In this document: piece after piece, positions 30,380 through 41,000 of the stretch
Layout: each line of letters begins with the position of its first letter
How positions within the stretch are numbered: position 1 is the stretch's first letter
DNA from: Bacteroidales bacterium
GTDB taxonomy: Bacteria > Bacteroidota > Bacteroidia > Bacteroidales > WCHB1-69
DNA: 64,000 nt
Direction of reading: 5' to 3'
Assembly: GCA_024400835.1 (NCBI GenBank)
Contig: JAKSMC010000015.1
Coordinates: forward strand, 1,859-65,858
Program-made: the position numbers and the translations under genes
The notes under the pieces: generated by a model
The model's database searches: none
Told to the model about the DNA's origin: nothing
What the model saw: only the letters and a program-made list of their open reading frames with translations

Positions 30380-31450
30380 ATGGACAATACATTTGAAGAA
30401 TACATACGCCAAGGCGAACCCGACAAATCGCAACGAGCCGAAAACTGGCAGATTGCCATTGGCTTGCAGGATGTGGATGGCTTGAAACCCTCCGCATACT
30501 TGCTCGAAACGGCACAAAAGCACATCGAGGGAGAGCTTACGATGGAAGACGTTAAACAGTGCATTAACGACTATTACCAAACGCAAGACGGCAAGGCTTT
30601 GCTTGCAGAGCGAACCGATGAAGCCGACAAGGTTTCTGCCAACATTGCCGATTTGCTTGCTGAACAGACCTTTTCGTTAGCACCGACGGAATATGCACGC
30701 ATCCATCGTCGGGTGTTTGCAGGCGTGTTTCCGCACGCTGGAGAATATCGTTCATACAATATCACCAAAAACGAATGGGTGCTTGATGGCGACACCGTTA
30801 CTTACGCGCCCTACGAGATGTTGCAGGAGACCGTGGAATTCGACTTTTCGCAGGAAAAGCAATTCAGTTATAAAGGATTGTCGCAACAGGAATCCATTGC
30901 GCACGTCTGCAAATTCATAGCAGGACTTTGGCAGATTCATCCGTTTGCGGAGGGAAACACTCGAACCATGGCAGTTTTTACCATAAAATATCTCAAGAAA
31001 TTTGGTTTTTCCGTAAACAACGATGCTTTCAAGCAGCATGCGTGGTACTTTCGCAATGCGTTGGTGCGTGCCAATTACAACAATCTGCAAAAAGGAATTG
31101 CGGAAACAACCCTATACTTGGAACGATTTTTTGAAAATCTGCTTTTTGGTGGAACCTACGAATTGAAAAACCGTCATTGCCATATACGCTGGAGCGAAGG
31201 CGATGGGCAAAGTGCAAACGGCAGCGATTCAAAGAGCAAAATTTGCACTTTGAATTGCACTTTAGAAGAGACGGCGGTGTTGAATTTCCTGAAAGAAACG
31301 CCCGAAGCAACGCAGAAGCAGATTGCCGAAGCAATTGGAAAATCGGAGCGAACGGTAAAAACCATCACCGTATCGTTGCAACAAAAAGGAAAATTAGCAC
31401 GCAAAAATGGAAAACGTAATGGAACTTGGCAAGTAATAGACAATGAATAA
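30380..31450 (+). CDS. Fic-domain protein (VbhA-like N-terminus, C-terminal wHTH)
   Basis: HPFAEGNTRT Fic motif; AIGLQDVDGL N-terminal segment; ATQKQIAEAIGKSERTVK HTH. Confidence 0.88.
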   Translation: MDNTFEEYIRQGEPDKSQRAENWQIAIGLQDVDGLKPSAYLLETAQKHIEGELTMEDVKQCINDYYQTQDGKALLAERTDEADKVSANIADLLAEQTFSLAPTEYARIHRRVFAGVFPHAGEYRSYNITKNEWVLDGDTVTYAPYEMLQETVEFDFSQEKQFSYKGLSQQESIAHVCKFIAGLWQIHPFAEGNTRTMAVFTIKYLKKFGFSVNNDAFKQHAWYFRNALVRANYNNLQKGIAETTLYLERFFENLLFGGTYELKNRHCHIRWSEGDGQSANGSDSKSKICTLNCTLEETAVLNFLKETPEATQKQIAEAIGKSERTVKTITVSLQQKGKLARKNGKRNGTWQVIDNE

Positions 31451-31538
31451 CACCACCACCACATACAAACCCCTCGGCGACTACATCCGCCCCGTTGACG
31501 TTCGCAACAAAGATTTGAGAAATTCTTTTGGTAATTAG
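31443..31538 (+). pseudogene. 5' relic of hsdS (31 codons)
   Basis: MNNTTTTYKPLGDYIRPVDVRNKDL vs intact HsdS MTKPNTTYKPLGDYIRPVDIRNRDL. 31457-31518 matches 32658-32719 with 6 mismatches by my count. Confidence 0.85.
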
Positions 31539-31564
31539 GAAATAAAACAAAAAGTACAACGACT

Positions 31565-32635
31565 ATGACAGACTTGATACAATATGCAGATTGGCTAAAA
31601 AGCGTAAAGCTCAGGATTCGGCAAAGCCAGATAAAGGCGGCCGTAAAAGTCAACAATGAACTTTTGCGGTTGTACTGGTCGTTGGGGAAAGAAATTGTTG
31701 AATTGCAGAAATCATCTCAGTGGGGCGATTCTTTCCTGCAAAAACTCAGCAAGGATTTAGCCACCGAATTTTCTGACATGAAGGGTTTTTCATATAGGAA
31801 CCTGAAAAGCATCCGACAATGGTATCTATTTTATAGCCAATACGATGCGTTTGGGCAACAATTTGTTTCCCAAATTGCCGAAGGAAATGGGCAGCAATCT
31901 GTTTCCCTATTTGAGCACATCTTTTTTTCAGTGCCATGGGGACATCATCTATACATTATACAAAAGTGCAAAGAGGGGGCCAAGGCAATGTTTTACCTAA
32001 AGAAAACTGTTGAAAATGGGTGGTCGCGTGCAGTTCTGGCTAATTTTTTGGATACAAATCTGTATGAACGGGAAGGCAAGGCCATAACGAATTTTCAACA
32101 AGCACTGCCTCTGGCACAAAGCGATTTGGCCGAACAAACGATAAAGGATCCATATAATTTTGATTTTCTTACATTAACAAAGCCCTTCAACGAAAAGGAA
32201 TTGGAAAACGCATTGATTGATAATGTGACGAAATTCCTGATTGAATTGGGCAAAGGATTTGCGTATGTGGGACGTCAGATTCATTTTGATGTCGGGGGCG
32301 AAACATTCATGCCCGATTTATTGTTCTATCATTTGGATTTGCGATGTTTTGTGGTGATAGAATTGAAAGTCACCGACTTTGACCCTTCCTATTTGGGGCA
32401 GCTCAATTTTTATGTGAATATGATCAACCATCAGATGAAAAAAGAGGTGGACGCACCGACCATAGGACTACTCATCTGCAAAAGCAAGAATGACATAATT
32501 GCAAAATATGCCCTTGAAGGATACAGTCAGCCATTGGGCATATCCCAATTTGAAATGTCGAAGATGATGCCGGATAATTTCAAATCGTCGCTTCCTACCA
32601 TCGAAGAAATAGAATCTGAACTTTCAAAAATATAA
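31565..32635 (+). CDS. YhcG / DUF1016 PD-(D/E)xK nuclease-domain protein
   Basis: LYWSLGKEI, KDPYNFDFL, ELGKGFAYVGRQ, DLLFYH..VVIELK and GQLNFY motifs. Confidence 0.92.
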   Translation: MTDLIQYADWLKSVKLRIRQSQIKAAVKVNNELLRLYWSLGKEIVELQKSSQWGDSFLQKLSKDLATEFSDMKGFSYRNLKSIRQWYLFYSQYDAFGQQFVSQIAEGNGQQSVSLFEHIFFSVPWGHHLYIIQKCKEGAKAMFYLKKTVENGWSRAVLANFLDTNLYEREGKAITNFQQALPLAQSDLAEQTIKDPYNFDFLTLTKPFNEKELENALIDNVTKFLIELGKGFAYVGRQIHFDVGGETFMPDLLFYHLDLRCFVVIELKVTDFDPSYLGQLNFYVNMINHQMKKEVDAPTIGLLICKSKNDIIAKYALEGYSQPLGISQFEMSKMMPDNFKSSLPTIEEIESELSKI

Positions 32636-32643
32636 CGACACGA

Positions 32644-33753
32644 ATGACCAAACCAAACACCACATACAAACCCCTCGGCGATTACATCCGCCCCGTTGAC
32701 ATCCGCAACCGCGATTTGAAGGTGACGACGTTGTTAGGACTGAGCATTGAAAAATGTTTCATTCCGTCCATTGCCAACACCATTGGCACGGATATGTCCA
32801 CCTACAAGGTTGTAATGCCGGGACAATTTGCATACGGTCCCGTAACCTCGCGCAACGGCGACAAGATAACCATTGCGTTATACACAGGCGACGAACCTGC
32901 CATCATTTCACAGGCGTACGTTGTTTTTGAAATCGTTGACCGCGAACAATTGTTGCCCGAATATTTGATGATGTGGTTCCGCCGGCCCGAATTTGATCGG
33001 TATGCGCGATACCATTCGCACGGCAGTGCGCGCGAGATTTTCGACTGGGCGGAGATGTGTGCCACAATGGTTCCCGTTCCTCCGATTTCGGAGCAGCGGG
33101 CGGTAGTGGCAGACTACGAGGCGGTGGCGCGGCGCATAGCGGTAGCCAAGCGCACGATAGCCACCCTGCAAACCACCGCGCAAACCCTGTACCGCAAGAT
33201 GTTTGTTGACGGCATCGACAAAGAGAACCTGCCGGAAGGATGGCGGTGGGGGACGCTGGGTGAGGTGTGCGAAGTGAAAGCTGGTGGCGATGCACCTGCT
33301 ATTGTAATAGAGGAAAGGACGTCAGATTGTCCTTATCCAATCTATGCAAATGGCTTTGAAAAAGATGGTTTGTATGGTTTTACAAATGCCCCTAAAATTA
33401 CAAAACCAAGTTTTACAATTTCAGCAAGAGGCACAATTGGTTATTGTTGCATTAGAAAAGAGCCGTATGTCCCAATTGTTAGGTTAATTGTTGTTATACC
33501 GAATGATGCAAAAATGTTGAATTATTTTGCGATTCATTTTCAAACGACAAAAATTGAAGGCGACGGATCTGTTCAAGGTCAGTTAACCGTGCCGAATGTT
33601 GAAGCATATAAAATAGCAATTCCACCAATGTTATTGCTGCAGTCTTTCAACAAGCAATACGACGTTGTTAGTAAAGGTGTGGAATTGCATTCAAAAGAAA
33701 TTGAGAAATTAACGGAAATACAAACGATAATACTCTCCGGGCTGGGGAGGTAA
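32644..33753 (+). CDS. hsdS: Type I RM specificity subunit S
   Basis: Two TRDs with conserved PVPPISEQ and LPEGWRWGTLGEV spacers. Confidence 0.9.
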   Translation: MTKPNTTYKPLGDYIRPVDIRNRDLKVTTLLGLSIEKCFIPSIANTIGTDMSTYKVVMPGQFAYGPVTSRNGDKITIALYTGDEPAIISQAYVVFEIVDREQLLPEYLMMWFRRPEFDRYARYHSHGSAREIFDWAEMCATMVPVPPISEQRAVVADYEAVARRIAVAKRTIATLQTTAQTLYRKMFVDGIDKENLPEGWRWGTLGEVCEVKAGGDAPAIVIEERTSDCPYPIYANGFEKDGLYGFTNAPKITKPSFTISARGTIGYCCIRKEPYVPIVRLIVVIPNDAKMLNYFAIHFQTTKIEGDGSVQGQLTVPNVEAYKIAIPPMLLLQSFNKQYDVVSKGVELHSKEIEKLTEIQTIILSGLGR

Positions 33754-33770
33754 GAAGGGAGTGATAATAG

Positions 33771-36700
33771 ATGAAAAACGAAGAAAAAGGAATCAAATTT
33801 CCTAGATTTATCAGCAATTCGCCTTGCAAAGAAGATTTATTCAAAGGTAATTCTCATAAAAACATTGCTGAGAACATAGCTCAACTTCTGCAAAACAATG
33901 AGAACTGCAATGTCATAGGCATTGATGGCGGTTGGGGATCTGGAAAATCCAATTTGGTAGAACTAGTGAAAAAATGTCTAGATGTTAATGAAAAGACAAA
34001 AGGAAAGTTCAGATTTTTCCTTTATGATGCATGGGGCCATCAAGACGATTTACAGCGTCGCTCTATTTTAGAGGAACTAACCGAATATTTAACAAAGGGA
34101 AATGAGAAGGAAACGGGAATTTTAGGTTCTGATAAATGGAAAGAAAAACTAAAAGAATTATTAGCGAAGCAACGAGAAGTTAAGACAAAAACTATTCCTA
34201 AAATCAGTTTAGGAATTATTCTGTCAGTATTAGCAGTAGTGATAACACCAGTATTAGAGATTATTACTGATTCAATAGAATCCACGATATGGAAGATCAT
34301 TATTAGGAGTCTCCCGATAGCTTTATTCTTGTTCTTAGTGATTTATTATATCATAAGAAATCTTATGAATTCCAAAGGAAATGGAGTGTGGAATTGTATA
34401 AAATCATCTATGACTGATCTTTTTTATATCTATTCAGATAGACAGAAAGAAGACACTACGTTTGAGACTATTTCAGAAGACGAACCATCATCACGGAAAT
34501 TCAAAGATTGGATGCACGATATTGATAAGGACATTCATGGATATACGCTAATGGTCGTATTTGACAATATGGATCGGCTTCCAAGTCGAAAAGTCCAAGA
34601 ATTATGGTCTGCAATACATACTTTTTTTGCGGATGAAAGTTATGAAAACATTCGTGTAATAGTGCCGTTTGATAGAGAACATATTAAATTTGCATTTAAA
34701 AACGAAGATATTGCTGATAGTAATAAATCTCAAGTCAATGGGTATAAAGTAAAGAGCTTCGGAGATGACTATATAAACAAAACATTTAATGTGGTGTATC
34801 GCGTATCACCTCCAACGATGTCGAATTGGAAAGAATATTTTCAAATGCAGTGGGAATATGCATTTGGCAATGATGGCTGTGTGGACAATTCAGTTACACA
34901 AATATATGATTTGTTGACGCCAGATCAAACGCCTCGTAAAATCATAGCGTTTATTAATGAGTTTGTTACCATAAAGCAGTTAACGGAAGGAGACAATATT
35001 CCAGACAAATACATCGCTTTATTCATTTTAGGGAAAAGCAAAATAACTAACAATCCTAATGAAATACTTACTCCTTCTTATTTAGGACCTTTAGGATTTA
35101 TGTATAAAGATGATGAAAATTTGCCCAAATACATTTCCGCATTATATTATCAATTATCTGCCAATGAGGCAATAGACATTATATACACAGCTAAATTGAA
35201 AAGGGCTTTGGACGAAAATGACACGGAACAAATAAAATCTATCCAAAGTAATCCGACAGTGTTCTACTCCATATTGGAAAATGCAATCACACAGGTTACA
35301 AATATTCCTAATGCTACATTGGCACTTCATATTTGCTTGGCAAACGAAGCGAACGCTAAAACAAGAAGAATATGGGATTGTGTGTATTGTAATGAAAAGA
35401 AGACCGTTGTCAAGGAATATTTACAAGAATATCAAAAAATATTAATTGGGAACATTACACAGAAGGATGAATATTTACATACATTGATAAATGCGTTCTA
35501 TTATATTCAGGATTTTGATGTTAATAAATATTGTGATAGTATTCGTCAATTATCCGAAATAGAAGGAATAGACCCTTTTACTTATTTGTCTGAGAAAGAA
35601 GTCGAGGCCGATACTTTTATAAAGTTTGTAGAACATACCAAAGATACTTTTAGGCAATATAAAATCGTTTGCGGACAAGAAAAAATTAATGCATATTTTT
35701 CCGGATTGAATGTCGATATGTTAAGTACTTTGTCTATTATCCCAATTTTGAGAAGTGACTATGATTTAACAGCGTATTCTGACCATCTTAAATCCTTGAT
35801 TGATGAAAATCTTAATAATAAGGGAAGAATTGAAACAATTTATTCGCGTTTAAAAGAAGTAGAAAAGCCTATTACAAAGATACTTCCAGACACTCAGATT
35901 CACTCGTTTTTCACTTCAACAAATGATTCGGAAGATTTTTATTATGATTTGATTTGTATGAGGATGTCACGGCTGACGAACTTCCACCCAAATTTCCAAA
36001 GGTTTTTCAATCAAGTGTTAAGTTCTTCAGATTCTATTTTGGTAAAAAAAATCGCAGATAGAATAGGGTATTATATTTCTTATGGAGATATCCTTATAAA
36101 TGTTGGGAATATGAATTCTCAACTTTTCAATAATGTTGCAAAGATGCTCACCGAAAAAGGAAATGATTTGTCTTCCATTGACATTGTTGCAATTCTTCAG
36201 AAATATGAAACTATCAAAACTAATTTGTCTGTTGATAAAACAGTCTTGTTTAACCGTTTAGATGAATTATGCGAAGGTGATACATTATCAAATGTAACCA
36301 TTGATGAGTTTCCAACAATTCCTATTGCTTTTTTCGAGGACATTAATAGCGTTGAAAACAATCTGAAAAAACATTGTTATTCATTAGCTGAGGAATATTT
36401 GAACGCTAAATCAAAAGATCAATGGAAACAGTCAATAGTTGATATTGACTTTGATTTCAAATTGCTAAAGATTGTCAAGGCAAAAGTTCAAAATTGTTTT
36501 GATGCTTTTAAAGAGGCGCTTATTGATAAGGCCAAAGGGGAAATTAGTAATTTGACAAAGGAGACGGTTAAATTTCTAATTGAACTATCTGAAAAGAACA
36601 ATAGAGAATTATTATCTGCATTTAATAATGTTAGAGATGTTTTCTGTAACGGAAATGTCGCAATGACAGTTGAATTGTTTGATTTTTATGGAGAATGGCT

Positions 36701-36983
36701 GCTGAAATATTCAAAATTAGAAGAAAAATCAGCTTCGCTAAGAACCATTTTTATTCCGTCTGTTTTGGATAAACAAGAGAATGTTCAATTAATTCTGAAA
36801 TATCAAACAAAGATGATTAATATCGTTAATATTGCTGGAAAGGAAAATACTGACTTTAAAGATAAACTGGAGTCATTATTGAAAGATCACAAAAACGATG
36901 ACCAATTAAAGGAATTTGCGAGTAAAATAGGTATTAAATTGAATTTTCTTGATAAAATTAAAGATGCACTTGATGCTAAATGA
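33771..36983 (+). CDS. KAP-family P-loop NTPase
   Basis: GGWGSGKS Walker A, YDAWGH, two inserted TM helices, VVFDNMDRL Walker B, TPRKI. Strongly AT-rich. Confidence 0.85.
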   Translation: MKNEEKGIKFPRFISNSPCKEDLFKGNSHKNIAENIAQLLQNNENCNVIGIDGGWGSGKSNLVELVKKCLDVNEKTKGKFRFFLYDAWGHQDDLQRRSILEELTEYLTKGNEKETGILGSDKWKEKLKELLAKQREVKTKTIPKISLGIILSVLAVVITPVLEIITDSIESTIWKIIIRSLPIALFLFLVIYYIIRNLMNSKGNGVWNCIKSSMTDLFYIYSDRQKEDTTFETISEDEPSSRKFKDWMHDIDKDIHGYTLMVVFDNMDRLPSRKVQELWSAIHTFFADESYENIRVIVPFDREHIKFAFKNEDIADSNKSQVNGYKVKSFGDDYINKTFNVVYRVSPPTMSNWKEYFQMQWEYAFGNDGCVDNSVTQIYDLLTPDQTPRKIIAFINEFVTIKQLTEGDNIPDKYIALFILGKSKITNNPNEILTPSYLGPLGFMYKDDENLPKYISALYYQLSANEAIDIIYTAKLKRALDENDTEQIKSIQSNPTVFYSILENAITQVTNIPNATLALHICLANEANAKTRRIWDCVYCNEKKTVVKEYLQEYQKILIGNITQKDEYLHTLINAFYYIQDFDVNKYCDSIRQLSEIEGIDPFTYLSEKEVEADTFIKFVEHTKDTFRQYKIVCGQEKINAYFSGLNVDMLSTLSIIPILRSDYDLTAYSDHLKSLIDENLNNKGRIETIYSRLKEVEKPITKILPDTQIHSFFTSTNDSEDFYYDLICMRMSRLTNFHPNFQRFFNQVLSSSDSILVKKIADRIGYYISYGDILINVGNMNSQLFNNVAKMLTEKGNDLSSIDIVAILQKYETIKTNLSVDKTVLFNRLDELCEGDTLSNVTIDEFPTIPIAFFEDINSVENNLKKHCYSLAEEYLNAKSKDQWKQSIVDIDFDFKLLKIVKAKVQNCFDAFKEALIDKAKGEISNLTKETVKFLIELSEKNNRELLSAFNNVRDVFCNGNVAMTVELFDFYGEWLLKYSKLEEKSASLRTIFIPSVLDKQENVQLILKYQTKMINIVNIAGKENTDFKDKLESLLKDHKNDDQLKEFASKIGIKLNFLDKIKDALDAK

Positions 36984-37082
36984 CAAATATGCTAGTGCAG
37001 ATTTTTTTGCTCCAAATATAATATACAAATTACAGATTTACGTCACATATACCAATCCATCCCCTCTAAACACCCCAAATCT

Positions 37083-37190
37083 ATGGACAAACAGAAATAC
37101 AACAACTATCCGCTGACGATCAGTCAGATTTTGGGCCTGATTGAGGCCAACGATATCGCCATTCCGGAAATTCAGCGTCCGTTTGTGTGG
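37083..37190 (+). pseudogene. 5' relic of a DUF262 (GmrS-like) gene
   Basis: LTISQILGLIEANDIAIPEIQRPFVW matches the DUF262 N-terminal P..QR..VW motif; the frame then runs into repeat DNA. Confidence 0.7.
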
Positions 37191-37232
37191 CGCATCAATC
37201 ACGGCGGTGACAAATTTGCGGATATGCATGAT

Positions 37233-37351
37233 GGTTGTGGCGTGGGATTTGGTTGTGACGCATGGTATTGTTGTGACGTACGGTTCGGTTGTGGCGCACG
37301 GTCCGGTTGCGACGCACGGCCGTGTAGAGACGCACGGCCGTGCGTCTCTAC
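37233..37351. repeat. 18-bp degenerate tandem array ending in REP GTAGAGACGCACGGCCGTGCGTCTCTAC (37324-37351)
   Basis: Units start at 37233, 37251, 37269, 37287, 37305 and 37323. Confidence 0.9.
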
Positions 37352-37473
37352 GATGTTGCGGAAAACAAACGATATCGCGGAAAACCCAAACATATTGGTG
37401 GCCGTGAATGATTTTCCAATTCCCAATGTCGTTCAATTGTTCCTGTTTTAACGAAAAATGAAAAAACAATAAA

Positions 37474-38034
37474 ATGCCTGAGAAATTCAAAAACAGATAC
37501 AGAATCCCATCGAATCGGTTGCGCGGATGGAATTATGCCCGAAACGGACATTATTTCATCACTATCGTGACATACGGACGGGAACACCGTTTCGGGGAAA
37601 TTGTGGATGGCCAAATGGTTCTGAACGAAATCGGCAAAATCGTTTACGATGAATTTTTCAAATCGTTTGAAATACGCGAGGAATTGTTTCTGGGCGAATT
37701 TGTATTGATGCCCAATCATTTGCACGCCATCGTCATTTTGGATAAAAACGGATGTGAATTGGACGTAAAAACACCAACGCAATTATACCGCGAACCCCAA
37801 TCGATTTCGTCGTTCGTGGCGGGTTTCAAATCGGCGGCAATAAATAAAATCGACGATTGGATGGCTGAAAATAACCGTTCCATGAAAAAATTCAACAAAA
37901 CCAATCCGTTGTGGCAGGCGAATTACCATGACCACATTATCCGGAACGAACAGGAATACATAAGAATTTCCGAATATATTGTCCATAATCCCGAAAATTG
38001 GGAAGAGGACACATTGAAATCAGATAATCAATAA
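37474..38034 (+). CDS. REP-associated tyrosine transposase (RAYT) no. 2
   Basis: YRIPSNRL.GWNY..NG.YFITIVT, MPNHLH, WQANYHDHIIRN, YIVHNP. Confidence 0.9.
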   Translation: MPEKFKNRYRIPSNRLRGWNYARNGHYFITIVTYGREHRFGEIVDGQMVLNEIGKIVYDEFFKSFEIREELFLGEFVLMPNHLHAIVILDKNGCELDVKTPTQLYREPQSISSFVAGFKSAAINKIDDWMAENNRSMKKFNKTNPLWQANYHDHIIRNEQEYIRISEYIVHNPENWEEDTLKSDNQ

Positions 38035-38046
38035 AACCACAATATC

Positions 38047-41000
38047 ATGCCCTTTACCGAATCCCATTTAGAATCCGCCATCATCGAATTGTTCCAACAA
38101 CAGGAATACGATTACGTGCACGGGGATAACGTGGTGCGGAATACAACGGACGTCATATTGTACACCGACCTGCGCACATTCCTGCAACGCCGTTACCAGC
38201 ACGACGGCATCACCGCCAACGAAATCGAAACGGCTATCGGGCAGCTGACGGCTGCGGCAGGTTCGTCGCTGTACGAGGACAACGCACACACCCTCCGCCT
38301 GCTGATGGACGGTTTCACCATCAAACGCGAAGACAGCAGTCGGCCTAACCTCTTCATCAATCCCATCGATTACGATTTTCCCGAAAACAACATCTTTAAG
38401 GTGGTCAACCAGTTTGAGGTGCAGGGTGACGAAAAACGCATCCCCGACCTGGTGGTTTTCGTCAATGGCATTCCCGTGGTGGTGTTAGAATTTAAAAGCG
38501 CCATCAAGGAGGAGACCACGATTATGGATGCCTACAAGCAGCTGACGGTCCGTTACCAGCGCGACATCCCGTTGCTGTTCAAATACAACGCCTTCGTGGT
38601 CATCAGCGACGGCGTGAACAACAAGTTCGGTTCGCTGTTCGCGGATTATGAATTTTTCTATGCCTGGCGCAAGGTAGAACAGAACGACCGCAGCACCGAC
38701 GGCATAAACTCGCTTTACACGATGCTACAGGGACTTTTCCGCAAGGAACGCCTGTTAGAGGTGATACACAACTTCATCTTCCTGCCCGACACGCCCAAAG
38801 GACAAATGAAAATCGTGTGCCGCTATCCGCAGTATTTTGCAGCCACGGCACTCTATCAGAATATCTTACAGCATTCGCATCAGAACGGCGGCGATGGCAA
38901 GGGCGGCACCTACTTCGGCGCCACCGGCTGCGGCAAGAGCTTCACCATGCTCTTCCTCGCCCGCCTGCTGATGAAAAGCCGCGAGCTGCATAGCCCGACC
39001 ATCCTTTTCATCACCGACCGCACCGATTTGGACGACCAACTCTCCAAACAGGTGCTGAATGCCCGCTGCTTCATCGGCGACGACACCATAAAACAGGTGG
39101 AAAGTCGCGACCAACTGAAGAAACTGCTGCAAGGCCGCACCAGCGGCGGCGTCTTCCTCACCACCATCCAGAAGTTCTCGGAAGATATCAGTCTGCTGTC
39201 GGAGCGCGCCAACATCGTATGCATCAGCGACGAAGCCCACCGCAGTCAGACGGGCCTGGGAATGAAGCTGCGCCTCACCGATGACGGCATCCGCCGCGCA
39301 TACGGCTTCGCCAAATATCTGCACGACAGTCTGCCCAACGCCACCTACGTCGGCTTCACCGGCACGCCCATCGACGCCACCGTCGATGTCTTCGGTCCCG
39401 TGGTGGATGCCTACATGATGTCGGAATCCGTGGCCGACGGCATCACCCGCAAAATCGTCTATGAAGGTCGCGCCTCGAAGGTGATTCTGGATGCCGAGAA
39501 GGTGAAGGAAATTGAAGAATACTACAACCGCTGCGCCGACGAGGGCAGCACCGAATACCAGATTGAGGAGAGCAAGAAGGCGATGACGCGCCTCGATGTC
39601 ATCCTCAGCGACCCCGACCTGCTGATGCGCATCGCCGAAGACTTTGTGGAACATTACGAGCGACGCGTGGAAGAAGGTTCTACCGTGAAAGGCAAGGCGA
39701 TGATTGTCTGCTCCACGCGGCAGATCGCCTACTATCTGTACCAAAACATTATCAAACTGCGTCCCGAATGGGCGGAGGTGAAGGCCTGCTGCGAGGGCGA
39801 GGCACTCTCCGAGCAGGAAAAGAAAACCGTGCTACCCATCGAGCGCGTGAAAATGGTGGTGACCCGCGACAAGAACGACCCGAAAGAACTGTACGACCTA
39901 TTAGGCAGCAACGACTACCGCAAGCAATTGGACGAGCAGTTCAAGGAGGAAAAAAGCAATTTCAAGATTGCCATCGTGGTGGATATGTGGATTACCGGCT
40001 TCGACGTGCCAGCATTGGACACGATGTACTGCTTCAAGCCGCTGCAGCGTCACACGCTCATCCAGACCATCTCGCGCGTTAACCGCGTATATCCCGGCAA
40101 AGACAAGGGTCTGGTGGTCGATTACCTCGGCATCAAGAACAACCTGAACCTTGCCCTGAAGCAATACGGCGGCCAAGGCGACCTGCCGCTGACCTCCTTG
40201 GAAACCATCGAGCAGTCGGTGAAACTGACCAAGGACGAGCTGGACATTCTGCGGCGGATGTTCCACACCTTCGACTTCTCGGCCTACTACACCGGCAAGC
40301 CGTTGGAGCAGTTGGACTGCCTGAACCGCGCCGCCGAGTTCGTGCAGCAAACCAAGGATACGGAAACGCAATTTATGGGCCACACGCGGAAGATGCGCTG
40401 CGCCTACAACATCTGCTGCAACAGCGACCAACTGAGCACGCGGGAAATTGACGACATTCACTTCTTTATGGCCGTACGTTCCATTATCTTCAAGCTCACG
40501 CGAGGCACAGCCGCCGATACCGCCTCGATGAACAAACACGTAGCCGACCTTATCCGTGACGCCCTCATCTCCGAGCAAGTGGAGGAAATCACCAAAATAG
40601 GAGCCAAAGAGGATGAACTCGACCTTTTCTCCGAGCAATATATGGAACGGCTCAACCGTCTGAAACTACCCAACACCAAGGTAAAGCTGATGGAACGTTT
40701 GCTTCGCCAGGTCATCGACCACCTGCAGAAAGTCAACAAGGCCAAAGGTATTGATTTCTCCCAGCGGTTGGAGGCCATTGTCAAGAACTACAACGACCGC
40801 AGCGACAACACCACGTTAGCCAACGAAGTCATCGACGAGGTAGTGTCGCAGATGACCGAACTGTTGGTTGAAATCAACCACGACAAGCAGCAGTCAGAGG
40901 AGATGGGCATCAGCTATGAGGAGAAATCCTTCTACGACATTTTGATGCTGGTGGCGAAAAAGTACAACTTCGAGTATCCTGAAGATAAAGCCATTGCGCT

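Noticed and set aside
31443-33753. Invertible hsdS shufflon or DGR
   Set aside because: The hsdS repeats are direct rather than inverted, with no invertase or reverse transcriptase, and the mismatches are not adenine-specific.
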